Assembly: GCA_964016885.1 (NCBI GenBank)
Contig: OZ024741.1
Location: 88,164,001 to 88,228,000 of the forward strand
Direction of reading: 5' to 3'
Length of the DNA: 64,000 nucleotides
Source: Eledone cirrhosa
Lineage: Eukaryota
In this document: piece after piece, positions 12,855 through 26,974 of the stretch
Numbering within the stretch: position 1 is the stretch's first letter
Layout of the letters: each line of letters begins with the position of its first letter
The notes under the pieces: model-generated
The model's input: only the letters and a program-made list of their open reading frames with translations
Database searches by the model: none
Told to the model about the DNA's origin: nothing
Made by a program: the position numbers and the translations under genes

Positions 12855-15584
12855 GTATCACAATATTGCTCAATATTTTCAGTCACCCCACCCACCTCTT
12901 TCTTTCAGTCTAGCTTCCTCTCACTGTAGTATATAACTCCATCACTGCTGCTAATTAAACTTCTTTTTCTAACTTGCCTGAATGAATCCAGTCTTGCCTT
13001 TCTTTTTCTTTTCTTTCCATTTATTTTCATTATCAGTAAGTGAGCTATAGATATTGGCATGGATAATAAAGAGTACCAGATAATAAAATGCCTTGTGGTA
13101 TTTAGTTACCTACTTTCATGTTTTAGAGCCCAAATCCCACTCCCATTGAGGTTTAGTTTGAATTTCATCTTTTCAAAGTCAATTAAAATAATTACCAGTC
13201 ATGAACTGGAGTCTATTTAATTGACTATACTCCCATAAAAAATTATCCAACTTTTAGCCTGGCTAAAATTTATTATTAATAATAATATTTCTTTCTAGCA
13301 TTGACACAAGGCCAGCAATTTGGGGGAAGGGGAAAATTGATTATATCAACCCCAGTATTTAATAGGTACTTTATTTTACCAACCTTGGAAGGATGAAAAT
13401 CAATGTCAGAAACAATAGAGTGAAATTACCTTATATTTAGTTAAGCTCAGGGGTCAGTTAGGGAAGTACTTGACAAGTATTTATTTATCTCTAAAATTGC
13501 TGGCCTTATGCCTCAATTAGAAACCATTATTAACAAAGGTAGTGTTGGTGAGTGTCCAAAAAGTTCATTATGTGACCATGGGGTTCAGAATTCGATCTCA
13601 TTACATAACAATTTGAGCAAAGTGTGCTTGACAATAACCTAAACCTGTAAGTGAGATTGAGTAGATGGAAACTGAGAAAGCCCAGTAGACGGATTGTACC
13701 TGTAATTCAAATGTACAGCCTTATCACATTGTGTCACACTATTTTTGTCTGAGAATTATTTAAAGGATATTTATGTCTGTACAATACTCAGCCACATGCG
13801 TGTTAATTAGGCTGTATTTATTCTGCTTCTGTGCTTTCTGAGTTGAAAACCTACCTCTTGTCAATGGAAAAATGATGACATGATAGGACTAAGAAAGCTT
13901 CTATGACATGCAACCCTATAGGAGTTTAGCTAGTTTCATAGGAGTGTGCCATAACAACAACCAGACAGTACTTAAGTATCAGCTTTGCCTGTTGATCTCC
14001 TGAATAACTCTCAAGCACATCTCAAATTGACCTTATGTCCAACCAAAAGAAATCTTCATTATTAATATTAAGGGCGGTGGATTGGCAGTATCAGTATCAG
14101 TAGAGGGTTGGAAACCATGCTTTGCAGCATAGTTACAGCCCTTGCCATTCTGAGTTCAAATCCCCCTGAGGTTAACAATTATTAATATGAGATTGGCAGA
14201 ATTGGTGAAATGTTGGATGAAATGCCATTACTGTATTTGTTCTGGCTTTTTACATTCTGACTTCAAATCCTGCTGGGTTCAACTTTGCCTTTCATCCTTC
14301 CATAGTTGATAAAATAAAGTACCAATTGAGTATTGAGGTTGATTTAATTGACTTATCCCTTCCCATAAATTGCTGAACCTGTGCCTAAATTAGAAAATAT
14401 CATTATAAATATTATTTAACTACTTTGTTATTTAGTTTAATTTCTTTACACTCCCACCAGACTTTTGCCTTTCATACAAACCTGTCATCCGACTTCGGGT
14501 TGGGTAGGCTTTGGTATGTGGGTAGGTTTCAGTGCCTGAGTGAGGACACTCAAATTCAAAGTAATTCCAAGGTGGGGTTTTGGAATAAGCATATCACTGT
14601 AATTTTGTCTAAATCTGTGGGTGTACTATTTAAAAGTCTGAAGGCAGTTCTCAAACCCACCCATCCACATATACACACCCAATGGCAGCCTTGCTTTCAT
14701 ATTCCATGGTTCAAGAAAAGAACATTACTATAGTTGATTCAGTCAAAACTTACCCCCATGCTGAACCAATACTGCCTTGTTGCAACATCTCTCTCTAAAT
14801 TCTGAGTTCTAGTTACACTAAGGGCAACTCAGTAATATACTGAATGAGAGTTGTTTAAATCAGTTGTACCCCAGCTGTCTACCTCCTATGTGGCTTAGTA
14901 TTAATATATAACATCACCATCACCATGGCCATTAATTTTTCTAATTAAAAGTATCAACAATAATTGTTATTATTAGAGCCAGCAGGGCTGTGGATTGCCA
15001 GAGTCGTTAGTGTAGGAGAAATGGTTAGCAACATTTGTTTCAGCTCATTATGCTCTGAATTCAAAGAATTATTAGAGCAAGTGAACACACTGGATTAGCA
15101 AGAGGATCAGACAATTGCTTAACAGCATTTGTTCCGGGTCGTTATGAGCTGAGTTTAAATCTCGCAGATGTCAATTTTGTCTTTCATCCTTCTGAAGTTG
15201 ATAAAATAAACTACTAGTAAAGTACTGGAGTTAGTATTGCCTTCCTCTTACCCTCAAAATTGCTGGCTTTGTACCTAAATTAGTAACCATTCATATTATT
15301 ATTTAAAAACAAATTTCATCTCTTAACATGTCATTTTCCCCACCTTTTTTAAATAACATTGTCTATTTTTGCATGTTTTCTGTCTCCTTTTTATGAATAG
15401 AAACTGTCAAAATGTGGAATATTCTGTTGTTGTTTTTTTCATCATTCTAACTCTTCCTCGTCCTCTTTTTCCCCTCTATTTTCTATTAACTCTCCACCTA
15501 ACCAATAACCAACCATAATTTGTATACTTTGTCTTACTCCTCCATTTTTCCTTCACCCCTGCTGCTGCCACTACCATTGCTGAT

Positions 15585-16260
15585 GCTTCCTATCTCTCTC
15601 TCACTCATTTTCTTTCTCTCATTCTCTCTTTCGCTTCCTATCTCTCTCACTTCCTATCTCTCTCACTTTCTCCTATCTCTCTCACTTTCTCTTTCTCTTA
15701 TCTCTCTCACTTTCTCTTTCTCTTATCTCTTTCACTTTCTCATTCTCTTCCTATCTCTCTCACTCTCTTTCTCTTCCTATCGCTCTCTCTTTTTATCTCT
15801 TTCTCTTCCTATCTCTCTCTCTCTTTCTCTCTTTCTCTTCCTATCTCTCTCTCTCTTTCTCTCTTTCTCTTCCTATCTCTCTCACTCTCTTTCCCTTCCT
15901 ATCTCTCTCTCTCACTCTCTATCTCTTTCTCACTCTCTTTCTCTTCCTATCTCTCTCACTCTCTTTCTCTTCCTATCTCTCACTCTTTTTCTTCCTATCT
16001 CTCTCTCACTCTCTTTCTCTTCCTCTCTCTTTCTCTTTCTCTTCCTATCTCTTTCTCTTTCTCTTCCTATCTCTCTCGCTCACTCTCTTTCTCTTCCTAT
16101 CTCTCTCTCTCACTCTCTTTCTCTTCCTATCTCGCTCACTCTCTTTCTCTTCCTATCTCGCTCACTCTCTTTCTCTTCCTATCTCTCTCACTCTCTTTCT
16201 CTTCCTATCTCTCTCACTCTCTTTCTCTTCCTATCTCTATTTTATTTCCTTCTCTTCCTC
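15585..16260. repeat. Pyrimidine-rich minisatellite (unit approximately ctctttctcttcctatctctctca)
   Basis: Recurring cttcctatctctct unit. Confidence 0.95.
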
Positions 16261-19200
16261 TGAAACAATATCCATAATCTACTAATTATCATTCTAACAG
16301 TGGCACAAGGCCCTACATTTTGGAGGAGTGTGCAGTTGATTAATTCAATCTCGCTATTATATTACTGATACTTATTTTATTGAGCTAAACAATGAAAGAT
16401 TACAGGCAAAGCTAATCCTAACAGGCATGGAATTCAGAATGTAAAAGGTTCAAATAATAATGATTTCTAATTTAGGCACATGGACAGCAATTTTTGGTGC
16501 AGGGAAAGTTGATTATATCGACCCTGGTACTTTACTGGTACTTTATTTTATTGACCCCAGAATGATGAAAGACAAAGTTGACCATGGCAGTATTTGAACT
16601 CAGATTTTGAAAGTTCATAACTAAATGTTTTAAAGTATTTTATCCAATGTTCTAATGACTCTGCCAGGTTCAAATAATAATAATAATAATAATAATTTCT
16701 TAAGTATAGTGCCCAGTTTGTTTGTCTTTTTTTAAAAAATGAGATGTTATAGTCTATTGCATTAACCTTAGGGTGTTACTGGTGCTTATTTTAACAGTTT
16801 TAAAAGAATGGAAAACAAATTAGAGACTCTAACAGGAGTCAAACTCAACCGAGAGGGATGAAACAAAATAATGTATTTTTAATTTTTAGGCACATGACCA
16901 GCAAATTAGGGGAAGGGAAAGTTGATTATATTGACCCCAGTACTTGACTGGTACTTTATTTTATAGACCTCAGGAGGATGAAAGGCAAAGTTGACCATGG
17001 CTGGTTTTGAAACTAGAGTGTAGAGGTTTGTAACAATGCATTCCATCTTATGCACTTGTAATTCTGTCAATCCACTGTCTTAGATGAAACAAAATATTAT
17101 AAAGCATTTAGATAAGCATTCAACTGTTTTCTACCAATCATCTTGGAACAACAATTATTTTTAATTATATTAGTTGATTGTCAGGATCAATAAAACATAC
17201 CTTACAGTACTTAGTTACGACCCATTTCAAATTCGGTGATGGTCAACTTCACCTTTCATCCTTCCAGAGGTTGGTAAAATGAAGGACCAGTCAAATACTT
17301 GGAATAATGTAATTGACTTTCCCTATAAAAATAATTTTTTAGATTATGCCAAAATTAGAAACCAGTATTAATTACAACATTAGTGTAAGGGAAGGAGGGT
17401 GTAGTTGATTGGGTGAACTCCAGTTCATGATTGCTACTTATTTTCTTGATCTTAGAATGATGAAACTAAATACTGAGATGTTTAGACATTGGTACTTTTG
17501 CTTTTGTACCATCTTTGGAAGGACTAAAATTTGGTAAAATAAGATTAGAAATCAGAACAAAATGGGAAATAATTATAATAATTTCTAATTTTGGTACAAG
17601 ACTAATAATTTTGGCAGAAGGGGAAAGTCAATTAAATCAACTCCAGTACTTAACTGGTACTTTATTTTATCAACTCTAAAAGAATTATATGCAAAGTTGG
17701 CCTCAGCTGGACGTGAATTCAAAATGTGAAGGATTGTAATTTAATGCTGCAAAGATTTTCTACTCAACACTCTTCAGATCTGACAAGTCAATTCCTTCTA
17801 AAGAGAGAGAAAGAAAGAATCAACCCCAGTGCTTGACTGATACATTTTTTTTATCAGTCTCAAAAGAATGAAAAGCAAAGTTGACCACAGTGGGACTTGA
17901 ACTCAGAGAGCTGAAATAGATACTGCAAAGTATTCTATCTAACATTATAATGCCTCTGCCAATTTGTTGCCTCAGCAATCCTTCTGTTGAACCTTAAATT
18001 CCTAAAATTTTACAATTTTCTGTTTTTAATCAGATTTTTTTATGACAGAGGTTTATTTGATATTTGCAGTAGAACACAAGGGGTGATTGTGGGGAGTTTT
18101 CTTGTTCCTTTTTTTAATTTTTTTAATTTTTTATTTTCATTATATTTGCTTTCAGCTAAGATTTGCCAAAGGGTTGGGTGTACCCTTCAGTTGTGTCAAA
18201 GACATGACAACCTCCCTAGTGTTAGTGTCATGATAAAATGTAATCTTAGAGTGTAAGCGAGATGCAGGACCCCAGCCCATCTCAGCGGTCAGTAGTGCTG
18301 CTTCAGTACTAACTCAGTCTATGAAGATCCATCTAACCCTTACTAGCAGACAAAAACAGGCATTAAATAATGATGATGAACACACCACTGTAATAATAAT
18401 AATAGTTTCTAATTTAGGCAAAAGGTGGGAAAAGGGAAAGTCAATTATATCAATCCCAGTACATTGGTTCTAATTTAGACACAAGGTCAATAATTTGAGG
18501 AGTTCTAAATTAATTAATGTGATGCTTGTACTTGACTGGCACTTTATTTTATCAGCCTTGGAAGGATGAAAGGCAAAGTTGGCCTCAGCATAATTTGAAC
18601 TCAGATGTATAGCACTTATAATACTAATAATTCTTCTTCATCTTAGGCCAATAAATGAAATTATTATTATTATTATTATTATTATTATCATTCATTTATT
18701 TTTGTCCACTGGGACCAAAAACATTGAAGACAATACAATAAATAGGGATAGTCTGGATTTAGATATAGAGTGTAGGCAGAGAAAGAAAATAGGTTTCAAA
18801 TAACAGTAAATTTATAACAGAATTCCCCAACAGAGGGGAGGACCACTCAGGGGTAATTAAGGATGTTCACAGATCTGAAATCACCCTGATCACAAGGGCA
18901 CCATAGGTAAGTGCCCCTCTCCTCTCTATTCTCTCCAGCCTACAGGTACATACTGAGTGTGGACCCATTCACTCAGGCTCTTGTCATTATATTCACTCAC
19001 CTTTTAATGAAAAATGATGATAATGATGGAACGTGTGTATTTTCAGACACACGTACTCTGTGTTGCCCTGTAATTATGCTGTCTTAGTTTTTACCAATGA
19101 AATAATCGAAACACCTTTATTTTTATTTATGATTTTCTTTTTTTCCGTAACAAATGATGTGGATCTATCCATAATGGAATAGTAGTGAGTCACTTTCTCT

Positions 19201-19436
19201 TTTTCCACTTCATCTCTAGTTATATGTTTCCAGCATGGTGTGTTTTGATGGGTGTATGAAAAGATTGGAAAGATGTGTGAAACTCAGTGGAATAATAATA
19301 GGACAAAGTATGTTCTAAAGAGGAGAGGTAGAGCTATTTGGGAAAAATGAAACGACAGGTTTCATATTTAATCCAAATATTGAATATTCCACACATAATT
19401 TTGCTTTATTTTCATCAGATCAAACACACACACACC

Positions 19437-19476
<40 letters not shown>

Positions 19477-21719
19477 TGGTGCCATGATTAAATATACCTA
19501 GCCCATACTATAAAGTGGTTGTGCTGGTGGCATAAAAAAATGAACCCAGTTTACATTGTAAAGTGGTTGTGTTGGTGTTAGGATAAAATGCACCCTGTTC
19601 ATGCTGTAAAATGCTAGTGCTAGTGTCACGATAAAATGCATTACAATACGCACTATGAAGTGGTTGACATTAGAAATAACATCCAGCTGTAGAAACCATG
19701 CTAAAATAAAACATGACCAAGACATGGTCTTCTGACCTGTCTAGTCTCGAAACTAGATAGCTTATCCAACCCATACCAGCATGGAAAACAGACTTAAAAT
19801 GGTGGTGCAACAAATGAAGTGAGGCTGTACTGGAAAAAACTCATCCAACACATGAAAGCATGGAAAAAGAGGATAACAGGATAATGCTAATTATATATAT
19901 GTAAAAGTAACATGTAAAAGAGGGAGAACTCAATATTTATAATAAAATCTTAAGTAGATTTTTTTTCATAGTCTTACATGACCATGATGTTTCAATGAAA
20001 TGTGTGTTTGCTAAGTATTAGCAAAGGGTGTCTTCTTTAAGCTTCATCAGCGAGGAAGTATTGAAGTACTGTAAATTCAGTTTATAAGTACCAGTAAGGA
20101 GGGAAGAGAAGGTTATAGAAGTTGAGGGGAGGGAGAGGAATGAAGTTAAGAGGAAGGGGAGATTGACAAAGCAGAGAGAGTGAAGGTGGTAGAGAAGAAG
20201 ATAAGATGAATTGAATTAAAGGGCAAGATTGAAGGACTGTTTGGGAGAAAGAAATAAGCAGTGAAAGAAAGATTGGAAGGGATGCCTGGTGAAATAAGGG
20301 AGTATATATGAAATTTAGGGAGGGTTAAGCAAGAAATTGGCAAAGGTGCAGAGCTCAAGTTAGTGATTACTTCTCACAACAACCATCCCATATTTCTCCC
20401 TCACACTCCTTGTGTTTTTAATGTGGAACCATATTCTGAATGGAAAGTAAATTGCTCTATCAAACTTCCCCCAACAGCATTATTGATACTAAAACCATGT
20501 GGTTGTTCTGTAAACTTCTTTACAACCACACAGTCAGGACTGCACCTATTTTTCTTCAAAACCATTTAAAAAAATTATTTTGTCAGAAAGCCAGTTATCT
20601 AACTCCATTGATACCAAGCCGCCCCAGGTTTTATGATATAAAACTGCTTGTTTTAAAGTATCTATATTTATATAAAAACCCTCCATCATAATTTTATGTA
20701 AACACCTTTGTTGAGCTATGTTGCAAATTCTTTGAAAATTTTAGGTAGTGCCTGTTATTAGAAATATGGTAATGAAAGGGTTAAAATACCCAGAAATGCA
20801 ACTAGTAATTAGTTGAAGGAAAATTTTTCCATTTAATTTGAAAATTACTGTTAAAAGGACACAGAACTACATCAGGTAATAGACATTGGAGCTGGGGTAG
20901 GGTTCTGAAGTAAGGGTGCTGTAGCCAATATATATAACAGAACAGAATTTGTAAAAATTAGGGAATGAAGTAGAAACGGTTCTTGATTATATATACATTA
21001 ATTTCCAAGTTAACTAATGTTTTTTATTTCTTGGATTGTTTTAATTATTGTAATAAGAGTTATTATCTATGGCATTTAGATCAGTACTATTGGAGGGCAT
21101 TTGCTTGTTAAATTGAGAAGTTAGTGTGACAGGCACTATTCAGTAATAATTACTTGTACTAAGGGATTAGTCTTGCTTCAGAATTAGCATTTTTTAAACT
21201 TTAGTGACTCTAAAGCTGCTCATGACATTCATTGAACAGTTTTTAAAAAGAATTATAATACAAAGTTTAAAAGATCAACACCATATTGCTAATGTATCTC
21301 AATTATATTTTATTCCCTAAAACAATTAAGTTGCTAATTTCAACATGTGTGTGTGTTCACTCTCAGTTTGCCATATTTTTAATTCTCTCTCTTTAAGTAT
21401 AATTTGATACCAATGAGTTAGAGGCAGAAGTAAACAGCTTTCGAATGATTTAACTACATATATCAAGACTGCTGCTATATCAGTCCACAAATACTTTAAG
21501 AATTATTGTTATATTTTGTATTCAATTAGACAAGGATTACTTTATTTTAATCCTTTTGATACCAAACCCTTCTATATCTGTGATACAAAGCTATTGATTC
21601 TAAAGTGTTTATATTTATATAAAAACCTCTCATGTTCCATGTTCCCAACACCAACTTAATAATGAGAAAGTACTAAATCCCTCAAGTTCTTGACTAATTT
21701 CAGAATTATTTTCAAAAAA

Positions 21720-22670
21720 TGTGGCTCAGCATTTTGAGATCGGCTCTAATCACCTCTACCAAGGTTGTTCTAGGTCCTCCTCTATTGCAGCTCCCTTCCG
21801 TGGTATACCTGGCATTTCTTCATCCAGTGTTCCTCATCCATATGCATCACAATCCCATACTAGCACAGTCTTCTCTCTTGCAAAATACATCTGATTTCTC
21901 TTATACTCAGTTTTTCTTCTCTTGGTTCATTTTTGCCCAGTCATTCATGCACACTAACATTACACATCCAACAGAGCGTGCTCACTTCATTTCTCTCCAG
22001 CTTCTGTATATCATCAGTATTTACCACTCATGTCTCACTGCCAGGCAACATCACACTTTTTGAGCAGGCATCATGTAATCTATCTGTCACTCATAGAGAA
22101 AATCCCTTTGTTGTCAACAAAGATAGGAGCTCTCGAAACTTTTTCCAGCCTATTCTTAATGTAGCAACTATGCTTTCAGAGCAGCCCCCCTCAACTGCTA
22201 ATGAAGTCACCTAAGTAACATAAACTGCCAACTTCTATGGTACCTTCTTGAGATTGGGAAAAAAGGTTTATTTCACTACTACTCTTACTACATACTATTC
22301 CTGTGTAACTGCCACATGCAAAGTCTATCCTTTGTGTTTGTCTACAGTGCCCATTACACTTTGTATACTCATTCTTTACATTGCATACAGTTCCTACCTA
22401 CTCCTTTTCTACATAGTGATCACAGCTACATCCCTGATGGGATTAAAGTTTCGTCCCTTTTCCTACTTACTAAAACTTGTCCTTTACTAGGTTTACTCTG
22501 AATCCTTTTGATTCTAAGTTCTGTTTCCATTACAGGAAATTTTTCTCAAGTTCTCAAAAATTCAGCTATAAGAACCAGGTTATTAACATACAGAAGTTCC
22601 CAACAATCTGTCCACTTTTTTCCATCTACTTTACCCAATGCTCTCAAGACTTCTTTATAGTGATTCACAT
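21720..22670 (-). mobile_element. RTE-clade LINE 3' fragment (degenerate RT C-terminus)
   Basis: Minus-strand RLx*YGIV (RLRWYGHV-like) and EGSCNRGGPRTTLVEVIRADLK. Confidence 0.8.
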
Positions 22671-23040
22671 AATATCATAGTCATTTCACCCAATTCAAAT
22701 TTTAAAGAAATTAACATTCTTAGCATAGTTGTTGAAATTGTTATATCTAAAACAAACAAGTAACTAGTATATTGACGTGCAGACACATACATAGTTATGC
22801 ATATTCTTATTATACATGTATATAAGTATATATACATGTTTTGTTCATGAACTTACATTGGTTGAAGTGTGTGTGTGTGTGTAATTGCATTTAAACAACA
22901 CTGTTGCATATGAATTAGAAAACCTAAATTTAGAAAAAAATATTTGTAATTTCATATAATCTTGTTCTTGAAATTTTTAGATTCGCTAAATTATGAATCA
23001 GAAAATTATTTTTTTCTAAGATTTCCTTTTATTTGCACAG

Positions 23041-23065
23041 CTCTAAATAGAGCGTTTAGACAGAA
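23041..23065 (+). CDS. Candidate 25-nt microexon (phase 1 to 2; ALNRAFRQ)
   Basis: atttccttttatttgcacag|CTCTAAATAGAGCGTTTAGACAGAA|gtatgt. UGC lies next to the acceptor, and there is a tandem alternative donor 4 nt downstream. Confidence 0.45.
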
Positions 23066-25020
23066 GTATGTATGTTCTATTGGATCTTACCGGTGTGAAT
23101 TTGTGTGAGAAAAGAAATGAGATATGATAATATCTGTACATAGTGTTGAGAGAGAGAAGTGTTTTCCTGTAATTTGTGATTTACTGTAGTAGGCCAAACC
23201 AAAATGTAGGATAGTTTTATTTAATGTAAGAAAAGAAGTTAAAATGCAGTAAGAACAGCTGTAACCATTTGTATGGGGGGGGGGGGGGGGAGCATGAGCC
23301 AGGCGTAATCTGAGCTATCAGATCTCAGAATGTCACAACTCTTTGGACCATGCCAAAGTGGGAAAAGGACATGATGATGATAACATTCTCTTTTTCCCTC
23401 TCTTTTAGAGGTATTTTTCTTTTAAATGGATGTTTTCAAAAGCTATATGTATTGTGATTGTTATATATATATATAAGGAAGTTCATTGCCCCGGTAGTTG
23501 GTACTGTTGAAGCTAAAGAATGTTTATTGACCTGAACAAGTGATTGAATTCCACATAACCCTCAGAACTTTATATATTGATTAGAGAATTATCACAGTTC
23601 CTTTGAAGAAACTTACAAGATAACAAGCTGAAACTGCAGGGTTCACAATCAGATTTTTACTTCAGTATACCCACTCTGTATCTCATCATGCATCAAGTAC
23701 TATTCTGATTTGTAATTTTGTTCTGTCTTCACACTGCAGACACTTCATATATATCTGTGTGTATCTGTGTGTGTGTGTGTGAATAATTAAGAAAACAGAA
23801 TGTTATTTTTTGAATTTTTTATATTTCAATGAATTACACAACTTGCCATGATGCATATTTCTGGATATGTCAGTTCGTCAATTATGCAAAGCATGTTTGC
23901 TAGACAAGCCTTCTTCAGATGACAAAATAAAAATAAAATAATCTATGTCTGTGTGTATTGAGAGTATTGTCATCTTACTTTTTATAGAACTTGGTGTTAT
24001 TCCTTACATATAGATGGCTGCATGGACACAGCATGACTGAATGGTTAAAGAGTTTGCTTTACAATCATTAGGTACCAGGTTCGATCCCACTGCGTTGTAT
24101 CTTGGGCAAGTATCATCATTTACCATAAGCTATGCCTTATTATTGAAATGGGGTAGGTGGGCTTCCATCTACCCAATTTCACTTACAAGGCATGAAAGCC
24201 TGACAGATTGACTGTACCTGTAATTCAATGGGCTAGCCTTGTCACACACTGTGTCATGCTGAATCTTCCTAAAAATTACGTTCATTTTACATTAATCTTG
24301 AACAAGCTGATCCATTAATTGAACAACTGAAGCACTTATTAAAATCAATGGAGATGCATTTCAGATAACTAATGAATGTAATTCTTTAATTATGCTTCTC
24401 ACTTTTGAAACAAAACAAATGATTTAATTATTCTCAAAACAAAAGCTACTGTTGAAAAGACAATAATGCAAGGAAGAAATCTTAGTTTCCATAATGAACA
24501 TTGAAATACATTATCTCATTCACTGTGTGCTTATTAATTCAGTCTTCAGACAAAATCAAACATGCTTTTAACACTTTACATTGCAGTAGTATCAAATACA
24601 CCCAAAGTTAAACAGCTGGGGTAGATCTTGCTTCATACATTTAACTACTTACTTTTCCTTTATCTCACTTCATCTAATTAAGAAACGGTTCATTATAGTA
24701 GTAGTTATAATTGTAGTAGTAGAAATAGCAGTAATAGTTGTTGCTGCGGACATTTTTCTGATGTTGAAATGGTTAAGGAGTTGAACGCTAGGTGGCTTTT
24801 GGGATAGCAGGAAATTGCAGTATGTTTAACTCATCAAAAAGAAATTTGGCTAATTGAAATTCTTTTCCAAAATTGACTAATTAGTAATTTTTTCTTATAC
24901 ATAAATATACATAACACACACACACACACACACACAACACACAACACACAACACACAACACACATTTTACGTTTATGTATTTAGCAAGATTCTTGATGTG
25001 TAATCATGTGTTGAAACCGA

Positions 25021-25316
25021 TATTGTTATATTTGGGAATGGTCATGTTGTCAATAGAAAGAAACACACACACGATATCATTTTCACTTTATCATTATTAC
25101 TCATTCTTCATTCATTTGTCGAAGTTCTTTCTGGTCTTAAACTTTTACTCCGAGATTGAGTAGAAGTTTAAGATCAGAAAAAAGAGGAGACATAGAATGT
25201 ATGACGAAAGAACTTCGACAAATGAATGAATAACGAGCAATAAAGGTAAAGTGAAAATTATGTAGTGCGCGTGTTTCTTTCTATTGGCAATGACCATCCT
25301 CAAAAATAATAATATT
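25021..25316. repeat. Foldback of about 300 bp with an asymmetric bulge
   Basis: Outer arms (ttcattcatttgtcgaagttctttc / gaaagaacttcgacaaatgaatgaa) and inner stem ctggtcttaaacttttactc / gagtagaagtttaagatcag. Confidence 0.92.
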
Positions 25317-25609
25317 ATGTGTGTGTGTGAAGGCATGTGAATTTGTTGTTTGAGTATTTGGCTCATGATCGTCAAATCATGAGTTTGATTCCTGGCAGTG
25401 CATTGTCATTAGGCAAGACATTTTATTTCATTTTGCTTCAGTACACTCAACTAAAAAAATTTGTTGCATGTTAATTTCACAAGGCTGGTGTTCTATTATT
25501 CGAACAGCTGGAACATTCGTCATCGGAACTGGTGAAGGTTGAACTACAACATATAAATATATACATATATATATGTATACAAACATATACACGCAAACAC
25601 ATACACACA

Positions 25610-26239
25610 TACAAGTTCTGTTAAAAATGTATCGCATGCAACTCTATTTTTCATGGGGGAAGTAATGATGCTAGGGAAACAAATATGTGCACAGTGGAGC
25701 TGCTAACATTCATGTATATGCATGGTTTTTGGCGAACTCACTGTATGTGTCAGTTATTGCCAGGCAACCAGTGTGTGAGGTACTGTACTACTTACATATC
25801 ACATTTTCATTTTGCCTAACACTGCCAACAAAGATCCTGAGTTCCTGAATAGTGAAATAACTGGAGATGAGCTATGAGTCTACAGGTACAATCTGGAAAC
25901 CAAAGTTCAGTTATCACAGTGGCTCAAAAAGCTATGTCAGGTGCAGAGCAAAATCAAGGTGATGCTGACTGTTTCTTCAACTACCAAGTCATTATGCATC
26001 ACGAATATGCACCAGGACAAACAGCTCCTTTGAGAGTCATGAAGATATATGATCTGCAAGAATGGAGCTAAGAGCCATTTCTGAAGACGCATTCCAGACA
26101 TGCTTCAAATAGTGGAAGGATCACTAGACTAAGTGTGCAGAGCCACACTTGGAAGGGGATTAGCAGTCAAACTCCATCAAATATCTAGTCTTTTATTCCC
26201 AGCCAGCCTAAGGCCAAATACTTTTACGACAACCTTATA
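25610..26239 (+). mobile_element. Internally deleted mariner element
   Basis: Degenerate ITGDEx(W)VYxYxxETK and KVMLTVFFNYQ..HHEY..GQT motifs, C-terminal AFQxCFxxWK..W.KC..EGD, TA at both ends and weak TIRs. Confidence 0.8.
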
Positions 26240-26974
26240 CACACACGCACATTTTGCTGCATTATTAGGATGTCTATAATAAGGAATACAAAACTTTATC
26301 TTCATTCTTATCATTTTTGCAAGATTCTCACTCATAAAAAAAAAATCATACGTCTGTGATCATTGTCTATCATGTCATCATTGATTGTTGTAACCACCAC
26401 CTAAAGTATTGCTTAAATGAAAGTCGATTTCTTTCATTTTGGATTGAAGACATTGCATTTTAAAATAATTTACTCCATAAAAATATAATTAATAGAATAC
26501 TTGCCACTTGGCTTGTCAAATTTTTTCTCAAAGAATGGTTCCTCTGGTCTGATCTGTCTAATGAATAAACAAAAAGAAGAGAAGCTGTAATCTCTCCATA
26601 TTGAATTAATCTGAGTAAATCTTATTGCCTTTCAGGGTATATATGTGTGTGTTTCTGTATGTGTGTATATATATATATATAATGTTATGTGAAGCTGTTG
26701 GGGTGTTCAGCTCAATCATAAGGTCATGAGTATGAATCTCAGCAGTTTGTTGTGACCTTGAGCAAAAACACTTTATTTCACTAAGCTGGCAAAAAAGAGT
26801 TGTACCGGAAATACAAAGGACCAGCCTTGTCACATGCTATGTCTGAGATCTACAATCAGGTGTCGGGGAATGCTCAGCTACTTGCACATAAATTTTCAAA
26901 CTGACTGTTCCATTGATTGAACAATTGGAATATTTGTCACAACCATGAGAGGTCCAACAGATATTTTATTTTTT

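Noticed and set aside
15520-16263. 247-aa S/L/F-rich ORF
   Set aside because: Translation of a CT minisatellite; stop codons are absent for compositional reasons
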